Shown piece by piece: positions 1 to 11,846 of a stretch of DNA of 64,000 nucleotides. The first letter of the stretch is position 1. Every line of letters starts with the position of its first letter. The notes under the pieces were generated by a model. It saw only the letters and a program-made list of their open reading frames with translations. It did not search any database and was not told where the DNA came from. The translations under genes were made by a program, and so were the position numbers. The DNA comes from Saccostrea cucullata (taxonomy: Eukaryota), in contig NW_026919154.1 of NCBI RefSeq assembly GCF_032062105.1, positions 62,001 to 126,000 on the forward strand, in the 5' to 3' direction.

Positions 1-345
1 TGAGTTACAGATCAATTTTGAATTTTGAATGTCGTTTCGCTTCATTGATTTTTGACAAAATTATGGCATTTTTAATTTTACATAAACTTTTATGATTGGG
101 TTCGTGCTGTGCTAAATTCCGATGGTCAACATAAATATGAAGAGATGATGAAAAAATGAGTTGAATTTACGTCTTAATGGGGGTTACTTTCTTAGATTAC
201 AGGCATTCACAACCTTAAAATAAAGCAGTTTTTCCTTAGACATATACTTTTGCATATTATAAAATGACATCTTAAAGAAAAAGGGTAACCCGGTAGGGGA
301 CAAGTATTGTGAATTGCTTATGCAATACTCTTAGAATGCTTGTTT
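1..345 (+). mobile_element. End of a Helentron/HINE-like non-autonomous element, cut by the window edge
   Basis: Terminal ccggtaggggac followed by a gtattg..caatac hairpin and aatgcttgttt resembles the ends of oyster Helentron-associated repeats; recognition from memory only. Confidence 0.4.
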
Positions 346-779
346 TCAGTGTCCTTGGTGATAAAGCAAAAGCAAAATTGAAACTCATTAGAAATGGACA
401 GTAGTTAAGGCCAACAATAAAAAATGACTTGTTTGACGCACTCCGACTTACCTGTCAACATCACCTCTACCAAATCATTTTTTAGTACTTTGATTTTTAT
501 AAATTTTGTTAGTTTCCATAGACATAGACATTGTTTAATTTTAAAGACATATAAATGTTCAATAATCATTTTTACGGCAATAAAAATTAAATTTTTTTTG
601 TCAGGTGTATAATGAAAATACCAAGTTTCTGGTTTCTGTGAAAAAAAAAAATTTCAGATAGCAATTAAGAAAATCCATCACATTTTTACCTACCTACCTT
701 GCAAAATCAAACAAACAAAAATATGATAGCACGAACAATCACAAAATTGACATTAATACAGAAGAAAATTAAGCATAAT

Positions 780-797
780 CATTCATGTTACAGATAT
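780..797 (+). promoter_or_regulatory. Putative splice acceptor of a 5'UTR intron, copy A (AG at 792-793)
   Basis: ttacag|ATAT ~35 nt before the ATG. The same YAG|ATAT junction occurs in C (~12817), D (22651) and E (41151). Confidence 0.6.
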
Positions 798-828
798 ACG
801 TGTTTTGATTCTATCATAATATACCGGG

Positions 829-2862
829 ATGGATCATATTCCTCGGCTATCAGAGTCTGTGTATGTGGGACTATGTCGTAAACTAGGGAGTCCTACAGAA
901 GTGAGGATCAGGAGAGAAGTGATGGATACTCTGGAGGTTGTAAACAAACCTTTATACATCATGAGGGGTCTTGATAGAATACAGAGCGGGAGTAGACGTG
1001 AGGGATTCAGACTGAGGACTTCAGATGATGATTGGATGTTCTGGCTTCCGGACCACAAAGTTATATGTGATCTCTCTCAGATCAGTCTCTACCGTATCCA
1101 AGAAAACACTATGATTTTGATGAATTGTAATAATCTTCCACCGGGTTTTACCAGACTTTACCTAATGAGTCCATCAAATAATGTACAAACCGTTTTCTCC
1201 TGTGTAGTATTAAATTACAGTGTATTCATTTCAAGTGCATTATTCAGAAATAACCATTTGATTTACACTAAGATGAACACAATCTCTTCTGCTTTCCCTC
1301 ATGGACCTTGTTGTACATTTTCCGTAAGCAAGGGAATAGAAACTGACCAGGCGTTTTGTTTCCAGTCACATCACTGGCCTACGTCAGCACTGCCATGGAT
1401 ACAGAGATGTCGACAACAGGGTTGGCCAGCCCAGAATGTTGTATCGGAAATATTAAGCGGAGGATTTCATGTGGTTCCTATCGGAAGCACTCCTGATAAT
1501 GGACTAGAATGGAGAATATCTTTCTCAATAGCAGAACAAAAACTTATTTATTCAATGAATCACTGTCAGTTTTTGTGTTATGGTCTTCTTAAAATATTTC
1601 TCAAAGAAGTAATTAATTGTCAGACCAGTACACAAATTATTTGTTCATACTTCCTGAAAACTATTCTATTTTGGACTATACATAAGAATACTTCTTTGAT
1701 TTGGACACCTGATAACTTATTGTCTTGTTTCTGGATATGCTTTAAATTATTGATAAATAATGTACGTACTGGGGAATGTCCAAACTTTTTTATTCCACAA
1801 AACAACATGTTTAGAGTGAAAGTCACTGGTTCTGCGCAAACCTCACTGTTCAGTCAGTTGTATGATTTGTACGGTAAGGGGATATCCTGTTTACTCTTGA
1901 GTGAAACAATCAGACCTTACCTCTGTAGGGCTATATTAAACAGAACATTCAGAGTCTGTACAGACGAGAGCAGTATTGCATCTAGCACCTATTTAGATGC
2001 TGTCTTATTTAGTGAATTACCCTTATTTAATCTATGCATTGAGCGTATTGAGGAATTTGTAGTTTACATAAAACAAATAGAGAAAATGATTAAGGAAGGA
2101 TTGTCATCGTATCAACCAGTCATTTTACAAAGTATCACATCAAATGTGTTACGGAACGCTGCTTTGTATGTGCAAAAAAACATATGTCAAAATGAAAATT
2201 CTAGTAAGGTTTTCTATCAAGCTAAAAGGGGATTTAAGATGCTAAAACAGTCGTGTAAGTTCGGCTGTGTGTCTGATATCCTTTATCTTGCTATGTACTT
2301 CTACAGAACACGTAGATATGAAGATTCACTCAGTTGTTTACATAAAGCAACGGAAAGAATGTCAATGCCATATATAATGTATTTGGGTCATGTCAGACAA
2401 CATTTGTACCTATATTGCCTAGAAAGGGATACCCTGGGTAGTAAGATGAGGAGAGCTCTAGTGAGGGATATCATGCTACAATTTAAGTACACTTACATTG
2501 ATGAACTATCGTTAGAGCAGGGGATCAATAAGAAGAATGAATTTTTGTCATTAAAGATCCCACCTTTTGTGATGTTACACATGTTGTTTATACTGAATCA
2601 CCACAAACTTGGTAACACAGTCAGGTCACAACAATCTCTACAGGATCTACAGACTCTGCTGCTCTATGATGACGGGGTTTATGTACCTCATGTCTTTAGA
2701 GATATTTCGTGGCAGATATTGGGCATATGTCAACAAATCTGTGGAGACTTTTCGGGATCTCTCCGGTCTTATCAATATGCCTTACAACAAGAACCAGTAT
2801 TTCACAAGATCCAGGAAGCAACACTGTTACGTATAGAGAACCTTTCTGATAGGATGTTGTAA
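829..2862 (+). CDS. Mab-21/cGAS-like receptor (cGLR) nucleotidyltransferase with C-terminal TPR-like helical region, intact copy A (677 aa)
   Basis: Uninterrupted ORF. NTase motif SGSRREG-x5-SDDD, third acidic residue in ETDQAFCF. Mab-21 motifs [47 protein letters not shown]-like [27 protein letters not shown] near the C-terminus. Confidence 0.92.
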   Translation: MDHIPRLSESVYVGLCRKLGSPTEVRIRREVMDTLEVVNKPLYIMRGLDRIQSGSRREGFRLRTSDDDWMFWLPDHKVICDLSQISLYRIQENTMILMNCNNLPPGFTRLYLMSPSNNVQTVFSCVVLNYSVFISSALFRNNHLIYTKMNTISSAFPHGPCCTFSVSKGIETDQAFCFQSHHWPTSALPWIQRCRQQGWPAQNVVSEILSGGFHVVPIGSTPDNGLEWRISFSIAEQKLIYSMNHCQFLCYGLLKIFLKEVINCQTSTQIICSYFLKTILFWTIHKNTSLIWTPDNLLSCFWICFKLLINNVRTGECPNFFIPQNNMFRVKVTGSAQTSLFSQLYDLYGKGISCLLLSETIRPYLCRAILNRTFRVCTDESSIASSTYLDAVLFSELPLFNLCIERIEEFVVYIKQIEKMIKEGLSSYQPVILQSITSNVLRNAALYVQKNICQNENSSKVFYQAKRGFKMLKQSCKFGCVSDILYLAMYFYRTRRYEDSLSCLHKATERMSMPYIMYLGHVRQHLYLYCLERDTLGSKMRRALVRDIMLQFKYTYIDELSLEQGINKKNEFLSLKIPPFVMLHMLFILNHHKLGNTVRSQQSLQDLQTLLLYDDGVYVPHVFRDISWQILGICQQICGDFSGSLRSYQYALQQEPVFHKIQEATLLRIENLSDRML

Positions 2863-3533
2863 TTTTTTTTTACATTCAACATTGCATAATGTTTTTCTAA
2901 CCTAATTTTTGTAAAGGACACTGTAATTTTTTTTTCATAACTTTTTCAACCAGTTATATTATTTTACATTATTTTGTAACACTTGCATATTTTACTTTAT
3001 ATTTAGTGTTTCATCACTTATATTGTAAGTTATTTCATACTACTTAGTTTTCCTGATTTTTTTGTATTAATGCAAATATTAATTTGTTTTATGATATAGT
3101 ACGCTGTATACTCATACTGATTCAATGTCCGATCTTTCCCTTGTATTCCATTGTTTAGACATCTATTGAGAAAGCAAAATGTCATTTGTTCAATTATTTA
3201 AAATTAAAGTAAATTTCTAATTCACTACGTATTTCTCTCATTGTTTTTATATTATAGTTACCTTCTTCATTGACATTAACATGTAAATAGCATGGAAAGT
3301 CTCGTATATGATAAGTTTTAATTTCAAAAACGATATTCTAGATAAAAAATGATATTACAACCTATAATATACAATACGTGGTAGTGTTATGCAATTTTTA
3401 ATCTGGCCATGCTAAAAGAGTACGCTGTAATTCTTTCAGTTGTTGGATAATTATTTTTTATTTATTTGTTGAAGGTAAGGGCCGATTTGGCGGTTTTTGA
3501 TAGGTGATAATGGTTAACATAATTAGAATAATA

Positions 3534-3740
3534 CCGTATAAGCAGAATTTTTAGCGAGGATGCATTATAAGCGAGGGTGCTAAAATTGAGTATCGCTAAA
3601 AATTAATTGCACTTTATTTGTAATACATTCTTTAATGTTCATTTCAAAATTGCTAAAATAGCATCTCGCTAGAAATATATCACCAGTTTTTAAGGACAAA
3701 TCGCTAAATTTGTGTCTCGCTAAAATTTCCACTTATACGG
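3534..3740. mobile_element. TA-flanked MITE (Tc1/mariner-type)
   Basis: TIRs ccgtataag...cttatacgg with TA on both sides; internal tttagcga/tcgctaaa repeats. Confidence 0.8.
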
Positions 3741-4548
3741 TATACAAAGAAATATGTAAATAATTAGATATTGTGAGAGTAAAAGGATGATCGGACTGCA
3801 ATTTCCTCAACCAAATATGACACTATACAGTTTAAATATATCATTCATATGAGAAAGTCACCATGATTCCAGTTCCCCAAGAGCAAACTTATTGCGTGGG
3901 AATAATTTGATACCTTGTGGTGGGAGTAATTTGACACCACTAAGTGTTTGTTTGCTGATCAGAGCGAACTTGAATTTTGTAATAAAATAAAATGCAAGAC
4001 AAATATGAGGGATTTGTGTAAATGCTTAATTGCTTACAAGAAAATTATTCGAAAATTTTAACAATCATTATAACTGTATGCGGCCATGGACTAACTAAAC
4101 GTTTTCTATTACAAATCTTAAAATTTGCTGTAAACACCTTCCCTGCAATCACGCATTTTAACGCATATACCATTGCCCCGCAGTCACCTATATGCCTGTG
4201 CCCCTTAATTTAAACGTCTTTTACCTTTTTTGGCTTGTCAATGAATTCTATGAGAAGTAATGCATTTAGGCGATTAAAAGAAGGAACAGTCCTCTTCGTT
4301 TCTCGTGCATAGGGGCAGAGAGATGGGAGAGAGGGTTAAACATTTTCGTACATTTAAGTAGGAGGGCTGTTTGGAAATTATTGACACATACTGTTTATCC
4401 TCCTTTTTCTCTAATGAACACACAGAGACACAAAAATTTTAAACATCAGTTACAAAACAATTTTAAACAAAATGAAAAAAAAAAATTCCAAAAGAAAAAA
4501 CTAAATGAAAAAAAAAATAAAACAAAATAAAATGATAAAGAAAAAAAA

Positions 4549-4582
<34 letters not shown>

Positions 4583-4758
4583 AAGAGCGGGTACGCTAAG
4601 TGTCTCACTTTGATTCTAATATATTAGTGACACAGATCGTTTTTTCATTCCTCTTAAATAGGTTAAAAAATAAACATTGTTTAAAATGATATAACAAAAA
4701 CTGGTATTAAGGGATTTCCGTTATATAATTACACATTGAAATTCAGCGAATTTGTACA

Positions 4759-5695
4759 CTATCAGAAGCAGTGTAAATAGGATTCTGTCACAAAATAGAG
4801 AGTCAGACGGAAGAAAGGGTCAGAAGAGAAGTGATAAACATTAACGGGGTAACGGATAAACCTGTTTCCGTTATGAGAGGTTTTGACAGAATGAATATAG
4901 TGGGAGTAGGCATGAGGCATTCAGACTGAGTACTTCTGATATATGGTTTACACATTCTGGTTTCCAAACCACAAATGATATAAGAGGATTCCTATGTCAC
5001 TCTCTATCGTACAACAAACGACACCGTGATTTTGATGTGGTGTCATTATTTACCAATGGGATTTACAAGATTAAATCTGATGAGTTTATCAAATGAGGCA
5101 AAAATCAGTTCCTCCTATGTACATGTAGTAATGAATAGCAAAGTATATACTTTAGATACTTTATTCAGAAATAAACATTTTTAATTCTTAAAATTCCTCC
5201 ATTTTTTTACATCAAGACTGTCGTTCCTCATGGACCATATGCTACTTATATTTACCGTATTCCAAGGTTCAGAGACTGAACTTATGTTCTATTTCCCATC
5301 TGACTTGTGGATACAGAGAAGTCGTAAACAGAACCATCCAACTCAGAATGTTGTTTCAGACACATGCATATTAAGAGGAGGTTTACATGTTGTTCCTATC
5401 AGAAGCACATCTTAAAATGAATTAGAAAGGAGAATCTCATTCTCTCAAGCAGAAATAAAATCTCATTTACTCAATGAATCACTGTCATTTTTTTGTGTTA
5501 TGGTCTCTTCAATTTTGTGTTTTTGAAGTAATTAACTATCAGACCAATACAACAATTCTCTGCTCATATTTCTTAAAAACATTCGTATTTTGGTTTATTC
5601 AAACTAATACGTCATTGTCTTGGAACCTGATTACTTATAATTAAGGACTTGTGTATGGGAAAACTTTAGATCATTCATATACATAGTTTACATAG
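4759..5695 (+). pseudogene. cGLR paralogue B, heavily degraded 5' half
   Basis: Alignable to copy A by eye (ctatcagaagcagtg; ttcagactgagtacttctgat; cctcatggacc; ggaggtttacatgttgttcctatc; atgaatcactgtca). Many stops and frameshifts; homology ends at ~5695. Confidence 0.85.
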
Positions 5696-6460
5696 CAAGG
5701 CAAGTCTACATTGTGTCGATTTAGAGCCCGACTGAATAATAACGAAACACAGGACTGATCTGGCTCTGCTCCTATTTTGTATTGCTTTATGGACTTTGAG
5801 ATTGAATACTGTTGCCGATTATTTTAAATGAACAGCGATGTTATATATTCATTGTGCTGTTATATGCTTCTCATTGGAAAGTTCATTCATGCACTTATTG
5901 TTTGTTAGGTAATCTTAAGAATAAATATCACTGACTCGATATTTGAATATGTAAATATGTTCATATTTTTAATCAGGGGATAAAACTTAAGCTTCTTCCT
6001 GACATCCTCATATTCATATTGTCAAGGGCACTAATGATCCAATAACCTCATATACTTGTTATATATTTGTATTAGTATTGGTAAAATGCCCAATCTTATA
6101 TCTCTCAGGTAGTTTCCACAAACTGCCAAAGTCACGCTTCTTCAGATTTCTCCACTAGAATTTTTTTTAACTCTTGAACTAAAGATTAGTCACAATTGTA
6201 TGAAGTGATTTACGGATGGGGGGTATACATTTGATTGTTGTGTATTACTGTTCAGCCAATCAGATTATCAAATCAGATTATCCAGCTAACCAATGAAAAA
6301 GTGAATGATATCATAATGGAAATGACGTTTTAATGAAAATAATTGTGTGTAGAGATTTATAGAAAACTTAACATAAATTTTGACTAAACATGGAAGACAT
6401 GTTTGATGCATTTTTTTTAAACAAAGAAACATACAGCATTGACCAATGTCACGGATAAAT

Positions 6461-6622
6461 AGAGGATATTCAATGTTTTATAGTTGAATATGGAATTTAA
6501 TTCACGAGTAGGACAGGATTTTTTTTTTATATTTTCACGAGTGCGAAGCAAGAGTAAAAAAAAAATTCCTGTCTCACGAGTGAAATAAATTCTATATTCA
6601 AGTACAAAATATTTAATGTTCT
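6461..6622. repeat. Long imperfect palindrome with GCGAAGC apex
   Basis: Arms ttgaatatggaatttaattcacgagt..gacagga / tcctgtctcacgagtgaaataaattctatattcaa; GCGAAGC at 6543-6549. Confidence 0.75.
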
Positions 6623-6849
6623 GTTGTTTTTTTTTTTACATTTTAAAATTTTTTTCCTTTTTTTTTCCTTTGCCTCTGTCTTTTTTGTAATACAGTGATA
6701 GGCAACATGACGTCATAGTTGAGCGCTTGAGACGTCATAGGTAAGTGAGGTGGTAAACATGGATTTAGTAACATATTTTGGTAATTTTGGCAGTTTTATT
6801 ATCTGTCAGAATGGTTTTCTGTATTTATTTCTGTTTATCATATCAGGTC

Positions 6850-7122
6850 GCCCCGTGGGGATCGGGGTTAGATAAAGCCCTCAATACCCCCTTGCTTGTC
6901 GTACAAGGCGACTAAATGGGGCGGTCCTTCGGATGAGACCGTATAAACCGAGGCCCCGTGTCACAGCAGGTGTGGAACGATAAATATCCCTCCCTGCATG
7001 CTCAAAGGCCGTAAGTGCCGAGCATAGGCCTAAATTTGCAGCCCTTCACCGGCAATGTTTACGTCTCCATATCGGTGAAATATTTTGGAGTGGGACGTTA
7101 AACAGTATACAATTAATCAATC
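6850..7122 (+). mobile_element. Young ~270-bp SINE-like retroposon, copy 1
   Basis: Near-identical to copies at 19738, 29312(-) and 63785; (CAAT)-type tail; TSD ATATCAGGTC at 6840-6849 and 7125-7134. Confidence 0.88.
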
Positions 7123-7627
7123 TTATATCAGGTCAAGGAAGATTATTTTTACAACACTCTCCGTTATGGGAAGAAAAAATCGAGAGTTTTACCGCACTTC
7201 TGATATTTGTCACACTGTTAAAGGATATCATTTTGATACCCTTTCACACTGTGACAGAATATCATTTTTATTCAATGAATAAATAACAGAATTTTACCGG
7301 TAAAAATTATCACGTGACATTAAACTTCATATTTCCCTGTCAACGACATAATTTTCATCATATTCCACCTCTTCGGAAACCTACTGCATTTTCCCCATAA
7401 ATGTTATCGTTCGTTGAACGAGAACTCCTGAGAGTAGTTGACGTCACAATAGCCTATTTTTGTCACAGGGTTTCAATGCAACTTTACGTTAAAAATTAAG
7501 ATGAATTTGAGAGCGATATCGAATTTAAAAGTTTATGTTTATTAAAAATTTTTGCTTGTTTCGGTATAATAAACAATTCATTGCATGAATGTTCAGGAAA
7601 CATGAAGATTTATTCAACCAAGAAATA

Positions 7628-8700
7628 CGAGGGGTTATCAAAAAGTTCGTGGACTAGCGCCATAAAATTAAAACCGCTTTAGTTACATCAGTGAATTTTG
7701 AAATATCTATTCACTAGTATTCAGCATCTCTTTTTCTTTCTAAAGAATAAACCATGAATCATAAATTTTTATTTTCAATTAATTAGTAATGTTTTTGTAA
7801 GTAATGGTATGTCCAGTCGGCGCAACATCCAAAACGACGTTTTTGAGACCTATATGTGACTAAGAAAAACTCTTTTGATATGATCATTTGACATCCAAAA
7901 ATCCCATTAATTCAGGTGTGTGTTCGGACACAATTGTTCCATAAGATTTTTACTTCATTCTGGAAGTTCTATGAATTTTTTTTCGTAAATTTTACATGAA
8001 ATTTCCAAACAAATAAGGCCTTGAAAATGACGTCAAAAGGGGGGAGGAGTTTCCTTTTTCAACATTTTATAAGGTTCTGTCCCTGAAAAAACTGGTATAG
8101 ACCTAAGAAATGTTTAAACTGGCTACAAAGAAATAGTATTCATTCAGAGCACCTGTCTTTTAATGTCAAAATAGATTCGGAGAGAAAAGGAATGTACAGT
8201 TAATGTCGATTTGTAGTCAAGGTATGAAAAAATCAATCAGGTCAAAAAATTACGTTGATCATGTGTTATTGATATTGAACTCCAAAACGCAAAATATGCT
8301 GGCACAATCAAGCGATGATCTCTCCCAATGTATATACATGTATTCATTTGGAATATTATATTCATTGAAAGCCGCTGTTCATGACATTGTAAAGTCATAT
8401 AAGCAAGGCGGGTTTTTGTTCCAACTCAGCTCCAGGGAATCTCATCAAAATAAGTGTATGAGGTAGTAGAAGCGGACATTGAAAACCAATGACGTAGTAT
8501 GACGTCATGAAACTAAACAGCGACAGCGCCGGGTGATCATATAATGTCGTTTCTATTTTATAATAATTTGGAAAGTAATGAACGTATCCAACTAAAGTTT
8601 TCAACATTTCTTTATTTTTTGTTGTTTTATGTTCCATATAAAATTTAAAAGAACAGATTACATAGGTTCAATTTTATAGCATCAGTCCACGAACTTTTTG
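7628..8700. mobile_element. Non-autonomous mariner-like element, right TIR truncated
   Basis: TA|cgaggggttatcaaaaagttcgtggact at left; agtccacgaactttttg at 8684-8700. Confidence 0.7.
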
Positions 8701-8949
8701 TATAGTGGTTCATCTTAACTCAGTTGTTTTTTTTAAATTAAAATTAGAAGTGATGTCACTCGCAAATCCTTGACTTGGGAAAAGTGTAAAGTTGTGTGTT
8801 TTTCTACCTGTTTTTTTCCCTACCTGTCTGATTGATGCTGTATTTTTTACCGAGGTGTAGTTACATAGTTATGTAGAAAAAATTGACTTTACCTAGGGTT
8901 CCAAAATTATCAAGAGACTTTTGAGAAAACTTTCTAAATCATGATTTAG

Positions 8950-10500
8950 TTTGGCAATATTCATGTATCTGAAGTATCTAATGATTTGATAAAAAAAGAA
9001 GCATTCCTTTTAATCCATGATGCATATTTATAGACAATGTCAAAAGTATATCCATACGTGTGTGAGTTCTGCAGTGCGTTTACATCTTTAATAAACACAA
9101 AGAGTAAATCTACCAATATTGTGTATTTTTCATGTTGTAAACTTTGTTTTCCGGAATGTACTGAAAGGAAAAAGAAACGCAGGGTAGCATAATTTTCGAT
9201 AAAAAAATGACGACATGACCGAAAATTACGAAAATTGGTCAGAAGGGAAATTTAGTTACTGTGCATCAAAATCAGTATCCAGAATTACTCAACCGTAAAA
9301 TTTATGACGTCACGTAGGGAAAACGCCAAAAAGCCCAAAACACGTGCATTTTGATAACGACGAGTTTGTCAACAAATCTTGTTGCATTATTTGATGCATA
9401 TGAGGTATGCACAACGTTTTTCAATATTAAGAGACATTATGAATTGTTTACAATCTTGGCACAGTTTACGGAAGTTCAAGAGGGTCTTGTTTTCGAATTG
9501 CCTAATTAATGAAAAAGGCAACAACGGTTTACTAAGCAGTCTCTTGTAAATGTTCCCCCATAAAACGTTTTAGCCGTTGTCAAAGAGGGTCTGGAGTGGT
9601 TTTCAATCAACCGTGACGATGACGGTAACGCGAAACAGAGTCATGTTACGAGCGGGTTATTCGTCCTGCCATCTCTTAAATCGCCACCTTACTATCACAA
9701 AAACAGCTATTTATAGAGTAGATGATTATAATCATTACATTAATACGAAATTTGAAAGAAAATAATTCTGCAATTTGGTTTTTTGAGCCAGTCAACTTAC
9801 GGTTGTATTCCTCTCACTGGCGCTTGCGCGCGCCGCTTGACTTATTTTTTGCATGGTTACCAATGCTAAATTTAGCCAGGATTTGAAAGATAAACACTCT
9901 GATGATATTCCGTGCAAAGGAGAAATAAGACTCTGACAAATGCACGAGATAGACATTGAAGATAATGAGAGTTTTCGATTTTCACTTTTGGGGGGTATCG
10001 TCATTTGAGCTTCAATAACTTATGAATAATTAGACAAAATCATATGAGAATTTGGTTATATCTTTTTGGAAGATGATTTTAAAAGGTAGATAGGAAAACT
10101 AAAAAGTATTTTAAGAAAAACAAATTTAATTCACCTCAAAAGTTTACCCTGCGTTTCTTTTTCCTTTCAGTATATTTTGCCACGCTCTGAATAAAACACA
10201 AAGAAAATTCGCAAGTACGAAAACCCATTAGTGCAGACCTATTTGTAAAAGCAAACCTTTCTACATAAAGGATATGTGAAATATAACAATAAAACCTCGA
10301 AATGCGAATAATAAATACAAAACCTCTACACATTAAAAGACTACAATTAATTAAATTTTAATACTGAGAATCCATGGAGGGACATCAGCGCTATAATAAG
10401 TTTTAGATACTTTATTCTATACTTTTAATCTAACATGCTTATTCCATTGAAATAAATTATTACCTTTTTATTCTTGTTTTAATTCTAACTGCCAAATCAA
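8950..10500. mobile_element. Degenerate foldback/TIR element, ends uncertain
   Basis: Inverted match tactgaaaggaaaaagaaacgcagggta (~9159-9187) / taccctgcgtttctttttcctttcagta (~10145-10172), with weaker outer symmetry. Confidence 0.4.
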
Positions 10501-11790
10501 TATTTATATTTAAAATTTCTCATTTTAATAATTAATTACTTTAAATATTGTTTATTTTAATGACTTGCAGAAAACGCCAATTCCCCAACTCTAATGAATC
10601 TATAAAAATTCAGTATAAAATGCTGCAGAAAATAAATTGTGTAGACTCGTAAGCATTTGAACAAGGACTAATCTACCACCACTGGCTTCCAACAACTTTT
10701 TCACACCTGGGAGTAATTTGACACCACTTTAGAACAAACTAGTTAAAAATCAATATTACCTAATCAAAGACAAATATACAGCAAAGAGAGGGGGGTAATA
10801 ATCGACCGAGTTATTGTAGTAAATTCTAAAAACCCAGGCCCTGTTTCACGGTGAACATGTTGGCATGATAAAGTTCCCCAACTGCTCAGTGACCGTAGTT
10901 AAGGTCAGAATTTGAACCCTTTTACAGTAAACTGTTCTCAAATAGGACGGGAATCAATCTTTATATGTTTTAAGGAGCGTTAGAAACTTCGATCCTTAGA
11001 CATCTCTCAACTCTCCATTGGATAAAATGTATGTATTAATTGTAATTTACAATTTACGCCAACATTTAACAGGAAGGATATATCATAGGATGTGGGATAT
11101 TGTGGAGATCACATTATCCGGATTGTAATCAAAAATTGAAACTTGCTGTTAAGAAACTTCCGATTTCTGTATTTTCAAATAAAATTTCCTTTTTGTGAGT
11201 TTTGTGATAATTCATGCGACACACAAAAGTGAATCAGGAAAAGACGACTTTAAGTGAATCTATATTTAAAAAATCTGAGAAAAATGAAAGTACATGTCTC
11301 TTATCATGGTGTCTGCTTTTACACTGATAAGCCCACTGTTATATTCATCTACAGTAAAAGGTCCTATGATAATTTAATGATGCGTGTAAATGCACGTATA
11401 CGTTTTTAATAATAGTATGTAAAATGTATATAAATCAGTATAAAGATTTTAAAGTATTTTGTAAATAATTTCTTTTTTTGGTTTTTTAGATTCTCTTTAT
11501 CTCAGTTGTCCCCCTATGCATCCTAAAATACAATTTCTTGTTTAAATGTCATTAAAAGATAGTTGAAATAAATGATAGTACATGTATTATGCTTCAGCTA
11601 AAGTAAAATAATTATTTTTCTGTAGTTTGCACACTTCACGTCCAACATAGTTATACCCCGGAATATAGTTTACACCTATCTATTGGCTATGAGGACAATG
11701 GAAGGTTCATTCGCCTTTATCGTAATGGAACGTGTTTATCTTTTAAAAATTGCCTAAAATACACATATAGAGGCGCAAATTTTCAGAAGT

Positions 11791-11846
11791 GGGAAATTTG
11801 CTAACAGTGAATTATAAATATCTGCATGTGAAGGAAGTTTTTCAGT
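11791..11846 (+). promoter_or_regulatory. Candidate Pol II core promoter (kB-like site, TATA, Inr) ~1 kb upstream of copy C
   Basis: GGGAAATTTG at 11791-11800; TATAAAT at 11813; TCAGT Inr with A at 11844, 31 nt after the first T of the TATA box. Confidence 0.3.

Noticed and set aside
834-1826. Antisense ORFs conserved across paralogues (834-1058 and 41193-41417; 1620-1826, 23486-23671 and 41985-42218)
   Set aside because: Shadows of the conserved sense cGLR coding sequence; no independent evidence.
829-2862. Bacterial CBASS/CD-NTase operon interpretation
   Set aside because: No operonic effector or Cap genes; the context is animal TEs, satellites and splice signals.
4460-4620. Long A-rich tract as the poly(A) tail of a retrocopied cGLR
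   Set aside because: 1.6 kb from copy A and upstream of B, with no TSD; shared flanks show DNA-level tandem duplication instead.
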